Below are positions 49,330 to 58,140 of a DNA stretch of 64,000 nt, piece by piece. This DNA is from Fibrobacteria bacterium (GTDB taxonomy: Bacteria; Fibrobacterota; Fibrobacteria; UBA5070). The position numbers and the translations under genes are program-made. Within the stretch, counting starts at the first letter, position 1. Every line of letters begins with the position of its first letter. The DNA lies in contig DAOPYN010000017.1 of NCBI GenBank assembly GCA_035352895.1, forward strand, positions 1 through 64,000, read 5' to 3'. Below the pieces are notes generated by a model that saw nothing but the letters and a program-made list of their open reading frames with translations, was not told the origin of the DNA and searched no databases.

Positions 49330-50199
49330 ATGGTCCTCTACCGGTCCACCCACTGCATCGAAGAATCGCTTGCTTCCCTACCCGCTCCCCATGGGGCGGT
49401 CCTCGTCGAAAACCTCCCCGGCGACGGTTCGTCGGAAGCCGCGCTTCGCGTCCGGCCAGATGCGAAGGTGATCCGTCCGGGCAGGAACCTCGGCTTCGGG
49501 GGAGGATGCAATCTCGCCTTCCGCCACTCCACGGCACCATACCTGCTTCTGCTCAATCCGGACGCATCCCTCCACCGTGATTGTCTGGATGTCCTCGTCG
49601 CCCACATGGAGGCCAATCCCCGGTGCGGGGCGGCTGGCCCCCTGGTGCTGCGATCGACCGATGGAACCATCGATTCGGCGGGGATGGAGAGACTCGCTCC
49701 CGGATGGACTCGCGACCGGAACCGAGGATTGCCATCCTCCAGCGCACCCGAAGGTGGTTCCGTCCAGTGCCTGTCGGCAGGAGTTCTCCTTCTCCGACGC
49801 AGCGCGCTCGAAGACGCCGGTCGGTTCCCCGATGCGTTCTGGACGGACCTGTTCCTCTACAGCGAGGATGTCGAGCTCTCCTTCGCCCTGCACAGGAGAG
49901 GATGGGATCTCCATTTCGAACCGAGGGCCTTGGCGTTCCACGCCGTGGGAGGTTCCAATCCGCCTCGACGCACCATTCGAGCGATGTCGGCCCGGAATCG
50001 TCTCCTCACCGGGATGGTCCACTCGACTCGGAAGGATCTGATCCACCTTCCCACCCTGCTGCGGTGGGCATGGAGGATCACCCTCGATCTCCCTCGCCTC
50101 GTGGACAATTTCCTTCTTCCCGAATTGCGCCGCTGCTTCTGGCCCCTGGTCGGACAGGTGGGCGAACGGAGACGGAACCTGCGGACCACCGACTCCTAG
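49330..50199 (+). CDS. Family-2 glycosyltransferase (divergent from the polysaccharide operon)
   Basis: GT2-like motifs (NLGFGGGCN, LLLNPDA); the start is uncertain and the N-terminus is short. Confidence 0.5.
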   Translation: MVLYRSTHCIEESLASLPAPHGAVLVENLPGDGSSEAALRVRPDAKVIRPGRNLGFGGGCNLAFRHSTAPYLLLLNPDASLHRDCLDVLVAHMEANPRCGAAGPLVLRSTDGTIDSAGMERLAPGWTRDRNRGLPSSSAPEGGSVQCLSAGVLLLRRSALEDAGRFPDAFWTDLFLYSEDVELSFALHRRGWDLHFEPRALAFHAVGGSNPPRRTIRAMSARNRLLTGMVHSTRKDLIHLPTLLRWAWRITLDLPRLVDNFLLPELRRCFWPLVGQVGERRRNLRTTDS

Positions 50200-50912
50200 A
50201 AGTTGCGCACCATCACCAACCCCGGCGCCCCGTTCCAGGATGGCACCATGGTCCAGCTGGAATCGCGTCGCTGGTTCCAGGACCGGACCACCCGATTGCA
50301 CACCAGCCCCAGTCCAGCCGAGAAGGCCACGTCGGAGCTCCAATGCCAGTTGTCGTGGACACGCGAGAGCGAGGTGCCGAGGGCCACCGCGTAGAGGCCG
50401 CCAGCCAGCCAGGGGTATTCCGAATACTCCAGGGCGTAGGCCGTAAGCAGCCCCCAGGCCGATCCCGAGTGACCGGAAGGGAAGGAAGCCCTGCTCTCGC
50501 GGAATCCTGGCCCATAGAACTCGTAGGGGGATTCCGCGTAACGCGGACGCTGGCGCTGGGCGCCGAACTTGCCCGCCACGACGATCATCTGGGTGAGGGA
50601 CCAGGCCTCCAGACCGTTGCGGGAAGCCCGAGCCAATCGCGGCGCCCTTCCGCCCGAACCAGCCCACCACAAGCCACCGGCCAGCGGCAGGGACCAATAT
50701 CCGTCACCAACGGATTTGGCGACGACCGCAACGTTTTCCGTCGCCGCGTTCTGGTGAGACTGGGACCAATCCTTGATATCCCCGTCCAAGGTGAAAAGCA
50801 ATCCGGTCGCGGCCATGGTACCCGCCGCGATCCCCGTCTCCGTGACGGTCCAAACGCCGCGCGAGGAGTCGCTCCCCGCACCGGCCAGGACCATCAGGAG
50901 CGCGCCAATCAC
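50196..50912 (-). CDS. PAP2-family phosphatase (acid phosphatase / phosphatidic acid phosphatase type)
   Basis: PAP2 motifs PSGHS and SRVHDNWHWSSDV; TM segments. Confidence 0.75.
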   Translation of the reverse strand: MIGALLMVLAGAGSDSSRGVWTVTETGIAAGTMAATGLLFTLDGDIKDWSQSHQNAATENVAVVAKSVGDGYWSLPLAGGLWWAGSGGRAPRLARASRNGLEAWSLTQMIVVAGKFGAQRQRPRYAESPYEFYGPGFRESRASFPSGHSGSAWGLLTAYALEYSEYPWLAGGLYAVALGTSLSRVHDNWHWSSDVAFSAGLGLVCNRVVRSWNQRRDSSWTMVPSWNGAPGLVMVRNF

Positions 50913-52141
50913 ACCTGTTCCAATTCCAGGAGATCCCGGATGGTCTGCCGCCGGCGGATCAGGCGTGCAGTGCCGCCATCCATCAGCACCTCAGGCAGGA
51001 GGCCTCGGCTGTTGTAGTTGGAGGACATCGCCGCACCGTAGGCTCCAGCGTCGTGGAAGACGGCAAGGTCACCGACCTTGGCCGCGGGAAGATCGCGCGG
51101 GATCACCACGCCACCCTCCTCCTGGGTGAAGACGTCGCCGGATTCGCACAAGGGCCCGCCGACCACGGTGGGAACCATGGCACCCTCGAGGACCTTCCCC
51201 TCGCGGGCGAAGGAGATCTCGTGGAAGGAGCCGTACATGGAGGGCCGCACCAGGTCGTTGAAGCCGGCATCCACCAGCACGAAACGGTTGGAGCCCTGCA
51301 TCTTGGTGGCGCGCACCTCGGAAACCAGCTTGCCGGATTCCGCCACCAGGAAGCGCCCGGGCTCGATCTCCAGGTTCACCTTGTGGCCGAGCATGGATTC
51401 GATTTCCTTGCGGGCCGCGTCCCAGAGCTGGAAATAGGATTCGGTGTCCACGTGCTGTCCATCCAGGCGGTACGGGATGGGCAGGCCGCCACCGGCGGAA
51501 ATGGCTTCCAGGTCTCTTCCCGAGGAACGGACCTGGGCCACCATGGCGTCGCACACGGACTTGAGGTGCTCGAAATCCGCACCCGACCCGATGTGCATGT
51601 GGAAGCCCACGAAGTGGAGCTTGCGCCGATCGATGATCTCGAAGGCCTGTTCCAGGTTGCCGTGCCAGATTCCGTGCTTGGAACTTTCCCCTCCCGTGTT
51701 GGTCTTGCGGGAATGGCCGTGGCCGAACCCGGGATTCACGCGCAGCCACACCCGATGGCCGGGCGAGCGCTCCCCGAGCTGTTCGAGCATGTCGGGCGAA
51801 CCGGCGTTGACCGGAACCCCCAGCTGCACCACCCGATCCAGGGTGGGGCGATCCAGGATGTCGGCGGTGAAGACCACCGGAGATGGCTCCCCTCCCACGG
51901 TGTAGCCGGCTGCGAGCGCACGTTCCAGTTCCCCCGCGGACACGGCATCCACCGCCACTCCCAGTCCCCGCAGAAGCCGCAGGATGTGGGTGTTGGAGCA
52001 AGCCTTCTGCGCGAAGCGGATCGTGTCGAACGCCTTCAGTCGCCCCACGCGTTCCTGGATGGTGGCCTGGTCGTAGACGTAGACGGGAGTGCCCTGTTCG
52101 GCGGCGATTTTTGCGAGTGCTGCGGCGTCGAAAGACTTCAT
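50909..52141 (-). CDS. lysA: Diaminopimelate decarboxylase
   Basis: PLP fold-III decarboxylase; FAQKACSN (Lys of PLP site), HIGSG, EPGR, CESGD motifs; 410 aa. Confidence 0.9.
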   Translation of the reverse strand: MKSFDAAALAKIAAEQGTPVYVYDQATIQERVGRLKAFDTIRFAQKACSNTHILRLLRGLGVAVDAVSAGELERALAAGYTVGGEPSPVVFTADILDRPTLDRVVQLGVPVNAGSPDMLEQLGERSPGHRVWLRVNPGFGHGHSRKTNTGGESSKHGIWHGNLEQAFEIIDRRKLHFVGFHMHIGSGADFEHLKSVCDAMVAQVRSSGRDLEAISAGGGLPIPYRLDGQHVDTESYFQLWDAARKEIESMLGHKVNLEIEPGRFLVAESGKLVSEVRATKMQGSNRFVLVDAGFNDLVRPSMYGSFHEISFAREGKVLEGAMVPTVVGGPLCESGDVFTQEEGGVVIPRDLPAAKVGDLAVFHDAGAYGAAMSSNYNSRGLLPEVLMDGGTARLIRRRQTIRDLLELEQV

Positions 52142-53136
52142 GGTCCGGGCAAAGATAGCCCTTGCGGATCGGCGACGCCACCAGGAAATGCTGCCTGGAC
52201 GGCGGCCTGGAAATCGGAGGGCCAGGGACTCTCGAAGCGAAGTTCCCGACCATCGGGATGGATCAATCGCAACGCCCGGGCGTGCAGGCACTGGCGCCGA
52301 ATCGCCTGCACGATGGTCCGGGCCTGCGTGCGCTCCATGGGCTGGATCTGCACCAGCCTTCCCTCCCCGCCTCCATACAATTCGTCCCCCACGACGGGGT
52401 GTCCCCGGTAGGCGAGATGCACGCGGATCTGGTGGGTGCGACCGGTTTCCAGCGAGCACTCCACCAGACTCGCGACTCCGGCTTGCCGGACCCGAAAACG
52501 GGTCGCCGCGCTTCGCCCGTCGGCCACCACGGCCATGCGGGTCCGGTGGTGGGGATCGCGTCCGATGGGGGCATCCACCCGTTCGGAAGCCGGAATTCCC
52601 CAGGCCAGGGCGTCGTAGGTGCGGGAAAGCGAGCGATCCACCAGTTGCGAGGCCAGGGACCGGTGGGCGTCGTCGTCGAGGGCCACCACCAGGAGCCCGG
52701 AGGTGTCGCGATCCAGGCGATGCACGATTCCGGGTCGTGTCGGCCCGTTGATGCCCGACAAGTTCCGGTAGCGATGGGCCAGCGCGTTGGCGAGGGTCCC
52801 GTCGGGGCAACCCGCTCCGGGATGGACGGTCAGACCGGCGGGCTTGTCGATCACCGCCATGCGCGCATCCTCCCACACCACGGAAAGGGGAATGTCCTGG
52901 GGCTCGACGGGACGTTCGGGATCGGCCTTCACCGGCCAGCCCAAGACCTGGACGAACTGGCCCGGCTCCATCCGGAAAGACGCCTTGCGGGCCTCCCCGT
53001 CCACCAGGACCTGTCCGGACTTCAGCCACCCCTGGACGAGCGTGCGCGACCAATGCGGGAACCTGCCCGCGAGGTAGCGGTCCCACCGTTCGTCGAAGGA
53101 CTCCTCCTCCACCTGCCAAGAGGAAGGAGCGGTCAT
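52138..53136 (-). CDS. rluD: RluA-family 23S rRNA pseudouridine synthase (RluD-like, S4 domain)
   Basis: N-terminal S4-like domain; catalytic HRLDRDTSGLLV; C-terminal TGRTHQIRVHLA. Confidence 0.85.
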   Translation of the reverse strand: MTAPSSWQVEEESFDERWDRYLAGRFPHWSRTLVQGWLKSGQVLVDGEARKASFRMEPGQFVQVLGWPVKADPERPVEPQDIPLSVVWEDARMAVIDKPAGLTVHPGAGCPDGTLANALAHRYRNLSGINGPTRPGIVHRLDRDTSGLLVVALDDDAHRSLASQLVDRSLSRTYDALAWGIPASERVDAPIGRDPHHRTRMAVVADGRSAATRFRVRQAGVASLVECSLETGRTHQIRVHLAYRGHPVVGDELYGGGEGRLVQIQPMERTQARTIVQAIRRQCLHARALRLIHPDGRELRFESPWPSDFQAAVQAAFPGGVADPQGLSLPGP

Positions 53137-53772
53137 GCCCCAGACGACTCCTGGTCGGATTCCGGCCGAGGAACGTGGCGCGCGGCGCGGTGGTCGTGGA
53201 TGCGGACCAGGCGCATCTCGCCCCAGATCGCCAGCACCACGCCGTAGACGATGGCGCAATCGGCGATGTTGAAGGTTGGCCAGCGCCAGGAGAGACCGGG
53301 GACACCGAGAGAAATGAAATCCACGACGTGGCGGTACAGGCAGCGGTCCAGGAGGTTGCCGTAGGCTCCACCCAGGATCAGAGCCGCGCCGGTGCGCACC
53401 AGCGGATCGCGTCGGCGCCTCCACAGCCGCAGCAGAAACCAGGTGGCTCCCCCCACGAGAAGGACATAGAAGACCGTGGTGGGCAGAAACGGAAGCAGCC
53501 GTTGGGGATTCAGGGAGAAGGCGGCCCCGGAGTTGTAGGCCACGAACAGCCAGAAGAAATCCCCCAGGAGCCGCACCGCGATGTCCTCGCGGAACCCGCT
53601 GGTGAAGCGGCTTCCCGCAAGATATAGAGCCATCTGCTTGGTTGCCTGGTCCAAGAGGAACACGGAAAGCGCCAGAAGGAAGCTGGGAAGGGGATGGGCC
53701 AGGAGGTGGAGTTTCCGGCGCCAGCCGCGCAGACGCTCCGCGGCGCGCGACATCCGGAGGTGGACGTTCATG
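53133..53772 (-). CDS. lspA: Lipoprotein signal peptidase (signal peptidase II)
   Basis: 4 TM helices; conserved NSGAAFS and FNIAD motifs. Confidence 0.85.
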
Positions 53773-54859
53773 CCATCGACTCGCGCAGTTGCTTCCGGAG
53801 GAGGTTGTTCCTGGATGCGAACTGGAATTTGAGGGCGAGATTGGACCAGCAGGTGACCACGGTGGTCCACAGGATCCGCCGCACCTGGGGACGGGTGATC
53901 TTGACGCGTCCGGCCAGGGCGGCGGCCGGGTCCCCGGCCAGGAGGGACAAGGTGTCCTGCGACATCAGGAGTGGCCAGAGGCAGAACAACCGCAGCCGGA
54001 AGCGGTACCAAGGCAGGTCCAGGATGTAGGCCTGGGCGGCGCGGACCTCGCGATCGGCGAGCCGGACCAGATCCAGAAGCACCTGCGAGGCCGCCTGTCG
54101 GTGATCTTCCTCCCAAAGCTCGCACGGTCGGACCCCCCTGGCTTGGCAGATGTCCTCGGGAACGAAGATGGTGCGTCGGGTCCCGTCGGCGGGAATGTCG
54201 CGAGCGATGTTCACCAGTTGCAGGGCCAGCCCGAAACCGACCGCATTTGCTTTCAGCTTGGCCTTGCGGGCTTGGGACATTCCCGAACCGGCGAACAGGT
54301 CCGTGAGCATGAGACCGACGGTCCCCGCGACGAAATAGCAGTAGTCCAGGAGCTCCTGGCTGGTTCCCAGCTGGAACCAACCGTCGGCTTCCCTCTTCAA
54401 CGCGTAGTGGATCATGCCTCCGCACATTTCCCGGACCCGTTCGTCCACCGGCTTGCGAAGCTCCACGGGAACGGTCCGGTAGACGGAGAAGACATGGTGG
54501 CAATGGACCACCAGGAAGCGGTCGGGATGGTCGTCGCTTCGCCAATCCGGGGGAAGGGCCTCGACGAAGGAACGGATGTCGCCGGGATCGCCGCCCTTGC
54601 CGTCGAAGCAGCGCACGAACTTCTCCAACAGCTCCTGTCGGACCTCCGGGGGCATCTGGCGGTCGTCCTCCACGGTGTCGGCGATCCGCATGAACAGGTA
54701 GGCCAACCGCACGACTTCCTCGAGATCGCGAGGCAGGACGCGGATGTTCAGGGCGAAGGTGCGGGACACCTCCTGCAACCAGGCTCGACAAAACTCGGAG
54801 GATACCGTCGGATCGCCTTGAAGGACCCGTCTCTTGATCTCACTGGTGGCGATGGGCAT
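53768..54859 (-). CDS. Squalene/phytoene synthase family protein (trans-isoprenyl diphosphate synthase, head-to-head)
   Basis: SQS_PSY motifs: Asp-rich (ADTVED), YCYFVAGTVGLM, (V)NIARD(I). Confidence 0.75.
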   Translation of the reverse strand: MPIATSEIKRRVLQGDPTVSSEFCRAWLQEVSRTFALNIRVLPRDLEEVVRLAYLFMRIADTVEDDRQMPPEVRQELLEKFVRCFDGKGGDPGDIRSFVEALPPDWRSDDHPDRFLVVHCHHVFSVYRTVPVELRKPVDERVREMCGGMIHYALKREADGWFQLGTSQELLDYCYFVAGTVGLMLTDLFAGSGMSQARKAKLKANAVGFGLALQLVNIARDIPADGTRRTIFVPEDICQARGVRPCELWEEDHRQAASQVLLDLVRLADREVRAAQAYILDLPWYRFRLRLFCLWPLLMSQDTLSLLAGDPAAALAGRVKITRPQVRRILWTTVVTCWSNLALKFQFASRNNLLRKQLRESMA

Positions 54860-54934
54860 ATGGGTACGTAAAGATAGCCCTCGCCCGGATCGGACATGGA
54901 CGCGGACGGAGCGATGGGGCTTGGCTCCGCGGGA

Positions 54935-55341
54935 TCAAGTGGAGGCAGGGGACTCCTCGAGAAGCTCCGCAAGCACGGGATCGATGAGGTCGGCGCACTG
55001 CTCGATGCACCGTGCCTGCTCCAGGATGATCTGGTCGCGATGGCTTTGCGCATGGTGGCGAAGCCACTCGGCGACCACCTTCTGGCGCTCGGAGGGGTTC
55101 AGAGCATCCAGACTGCCGTTCATGGACTCGCGGATGAATTCCGCCTGTGCCCTCATGTAGGCCTGCATGTCGAAGGGCTGGTTGGACCGGATCACGAAGA
55201 ACTTGGCCATCACCTGCAAGGGAGGACGATTGCTGGCGGGAACGAATTCGGAAACGAACTTTCGCCACTCCTCCCGATGCTGCCGGAAGAATCGCACGAT
55301 TTGCTCGCCGAGCACGTTCCTCTCGCAACCGGCCTGATCCA
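54935..55341 (-). CDS. Hypothetical protein (about 135 aa, soluble)
   Basis: Good coding composition with Lys/Phe/Ile, unlike the spurious GC ORFs; no recognised motif. Confidence 0.4.
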
Positions 55342-55450
55342 TCCAACCTCCAGAAGAGACCCCGGAACCAAACATAGGCACGTTCCACAAAAGCGGGAAG
55401 GTGCCCCCACCCGCACGGCCGGTGGAAGGGTAGCTTTGTCTTCCGTGGGA

Positions 55451-55978
55451 ATGCGAGGCTTGGCGACGACGGCAATCCGGATCTGGCTTGGAACGCTCCG
55501 TTGGCGAGTCGCCACCCCCGTCCCCCCCGGACCGGCGGTCTTCGCCTTCTGGCACCGCCATGTGCCTCCGGCGGCGGCCTTCTTCCGGAAGTGGCGCGCG
55601 GCGGCCATGGTGTCGGCCTCCCGGGACGGACAATTCCTGGCCGACCTCCTGGCGGACGGGGGCCTGGAACTGGTGCGGGCATCCAGTTCGCAGGGGGCCT
55701 CCACCGGAGCCCGCAACCTCCTGAGGTCGCTGCGCGAAGGAAGGTCGGTGGTGACCGTCTGGGATGGACCGCGGGGGCCGGCCAACGTACCCAAGCAGGG
55801 CCCACAGTGGCTTGCGCGATCGTCCGGCAAACCCCTGTTCGATGTGCTTTTCGTTCCTCGTCTCGCCTTGAGACTGGGCGACTGGTCCAGGATGGAACTG
55901 CCCTTGCCCTTCTCGGTGGTCGAGGTCCGGTTCCAGCCATCGGCCCCCATGCGATCCGGCGGAGGCTCCCCGTGTTGA
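55451..55978 (+). CDS. DUF374-type lysophospholipid-acyltransferase-family protein
   Basis: The pattern VFAFWHRH...ASRDGQFLADLL...GARNLLRSLREGRSVVTVWDGPRGP matches the DUF374 family, which is often near Kdo/lipid A genes. Confidence 0.55.
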   Translation: MRGLATTAIRIWLGTLRWRVATPVPPGPAVFAFWHRHVPPAAAFFRKWRAAAMVSASRDGQFLADLLADGGLELVRASSSQGASTGARNLLRSLREGRSVVTVWDGPRGPANVPKQGPQWLARSSGKPLFDVLFVPRLALRLGDWSRMELPLPFSVVEVRFQPSAPMRSGGGSPC

Positions 55979-57582
55979 ACAGTCGCCACCGCACCCTGGC
56001 ACCGCTTCTGATCCTGATCGCCCTCGGATGGAACCTCTCCCTGTGGGGACTCCTCCACCTCTGGCAGGCGGAATCGCTCGAGCGCGGCCGCGAGCAGCTT
56101 CGCCTCCAGGCGGAATTCGTCGCCCAGCGCGCCGACGGATCTCCAGGGAGCTTGGCAGGGCTTCTGCCATCGGATATCCGAGTGGCGGTCTGCGATTCCT
56201 CCCAACGGCTCCTTCCACCCGACGATTCGGCCGCCTTCCGGTACGCTCCCGAACTCGCCGCTCCCAGCCTGGTGGTGGAAAGGGATCTTCCGGGAGGGCG
56301 GATCGTCCGACTCACCCGCCCCATCCGGGCAGGAGGAATCCCGGTCTCCGCTTGGATCCTTTCGGCGATCGCCGCTTTCGCCGGGTTCCTCCTTCCGGCC
56401 ATCCTTCTGGCGGTCTTCGTCCACCGCGAACGCCAGCGGACGCGGAACCTGGAATCGGTCGCCAAGGCGACCTCGGCCGGCCATGGCATCCACTTTCCCC
56501 ACCCCGACGAAGACGCCCAGCTGGTGGCCGGGCTCGCCGCCGAACTCCGACGCCGCCGGATCCGTTCGGCCTGGGCGGAGCGGCGCCTGGGCCGGCTCCT
56601 CGACTCCCTCGCCGAAGGCGTCCTCCTGCTGGATGGAAGGCAACGGATCTTCGCCTGCAATTCGTCGGCCTGCAAGACCCTGGGCATGGGAGTCCCCAAG
56701 GCGGCCTCGCGGGGACGCCCCGTGGTATCGGTGCTCGGCGACATCGAATTCCTGGACGACCTGCGGCGCGCGCTCGCCCGCGAGGGGACCTCCGTCTTTT
56801 CCATCGAACGCGAGGGGGCGGCCCACGAAGCCCGGGTCTGGCCGGCCTCGGTGGATTCCGACGGCAGGGGATGGATGATCTCCCTCCAGGATGTTACCGA
56901 CAGGTTGCGCGCGGAGCGGATGAAATCCCGGCTCGTCTCGGACGCATCCCACGAGTTCAAGACGCCCCTGACCTCCATCCGGGGTTGGACGGAAACCTTG
57001 CTGGAAGACGAAACGGACGAATTCCGTCGACGAGCTCTGGAGCGCATCGAGCAGGGAAGCCAGCATCTGGAGAACGTGGTGCGGGATCTTCTGGACCTGG
57101 GCCGGATGGGCGAACTCCCGGCCCGAAGGCGGGATCCCGTCGACCTGGAATCCATCTGCAGCGAGGCCATCGAGACCCTCGCCCCCCAGGCGGACGCCAA
57201 GCGCATCCGGATCGAACTGGAGTGTCCCACGCCAAGCACCGCGATCGGTCATCGAAACCAGCTCGTGCGCGCCATGATCAACCTACTGTCCAACGCGGTC
57301 CGCCACTCCCCTCCCCGCTCGAAGGTGGCGGTGGCGGTGCGCCGCGACGGATCCACATGGCGCATCGAGGTGACCGACCAGGGATCCGGACTGCCCCCCG
57401 AGGCCCTGGAGCATCTCTTCGAACGCTTCTACCGCCCCGACCATGGACGTTCCCGGGACATGGGTGGCACAGGCCTGGGTCTGGCCATCGTGAAGGAGAC
57501 CGCGCTTGCCCACGGGGGGCGTGCGGAAGTGGAAAGCCCACCCGGAAAAGGCGCCACCTTCCGGATGATCCTGCCGGTCTAG
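55972..57582 (+). CDS. Sensor histidine kinase (TM-periplasmic-TM, PAS-like, HisKA, HATPase_c)
   Basis: GTG start overlapping the upstream stop (GTGTTGA); H-box SHEFKTPLTSIRGW; N-box LLSNAVRHS; G-boxes DQGSGL and GGTGLGLAIV. Confidence 0.85.
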   Translation: MLNSRHRTLAPLLILIALGWNLSLWGLLHLWQAESLERGREQLRLQAEFVAQRADGSPGSLAGLLPSDIRVAVCDSSQRLLPPDDSAAFRYAPELAAPSLVVERDLPGGRIVRLTRPIRAGGIPVSAWILSAIAAFAGFLLPAILLAVFVHRERQRTRNLESVAKATSAGHGIHFPHPDEDAQLVAGLAAELRRRRIRSAWAERRLGRLLDSLAEGVLLLDGRQRIFACNSSACKTLGMGVPKAASRGRPVVSVLGDIEFLDDLRRALAREGTSVFSIEREGAAHEARVWPASVDSDGRGWMISLQDVTDRLRAERMKSRLVSDASHEFKTPLTSIRGWTETLLEDETDEFRRRALERIEQGSQHLENVVRDLLDLGRMGELPARRRDPVDLESICSEAIETLAPQADAKRIRIELECPTPSTAIGHRNQLVRAMINLLSNAVRHSPPRSKVAVAVRRDGSTWRIEVTDQGSGLPPEALEHLFERFYRPDHGRSRDMGGTGLGLAIVKETALAHGGRAEVESPPGKGATFRMILPV

Positions 57583-57633
57583 TGGTTCGCCTGTTCCCAA
57601 TCGCCCACTCCCGAAAAGCGGTATCATGCACAC

Positions 57634-57951
57634 ATGTTCTGGACCTTCGGTGGAACCTACCTGCTGGGAATCCAACTGATCACCGCCGCCACCTTCGCCT
57701 GGGCACGCTGGATGGATCCCTCCTTCGGTCAGGGATCGGGCTTCTGGATCGCCGGCTTGGGCACGCTTGTGCTGGGCCTTCTCGTGCTGTGCTTCGAGAC
57801 GGTGGGTCTGGTCTGGAGTCCCGACAGGAAACCCGTCCAGCAGGTCCTGCGCACCCTTGCCGCATTGGGACTCATGGTCGTGTCCGCATGGGGGCTCGCC
57901 CCCTTCGGCCAGGCGGCCATCATGCGTCTGGCCATGACCGGCGGACTCTGA
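57634..57951 (+). CDS. Small hypothetical membrane protein (3 TM)
   Basis: Hydrophobic segments; GC3 bias. Confidence 0.4.
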   Translation: MFWTFGGTYLLGIQLITAATFAWARWMDPSFGQGSGFWIAGLGTLVLGLLVLCFETVGLVWSPDRKPVQQVLRTLAALGLMVVSAWGLAPFGQAAIMRLAMTGGL

Positions 57952-58140
57952 GGCCTACGCCGAGCCCCCCGGTGGTTACCCAACCGTTGCCTTGGCAATA
58001 GGCCCGTCGAGCGTGTTCCCGCGATTCCGGTGACCTGCAGTTCAACGTTTTTTCTGCTCGTCTCCGGAAATCCCCCGTGGAATGAACCGTTTCAGGTGAT
58101 CTTGCGACCCAAGGCTCACATCTGTGCTTCCGAGGGACCC

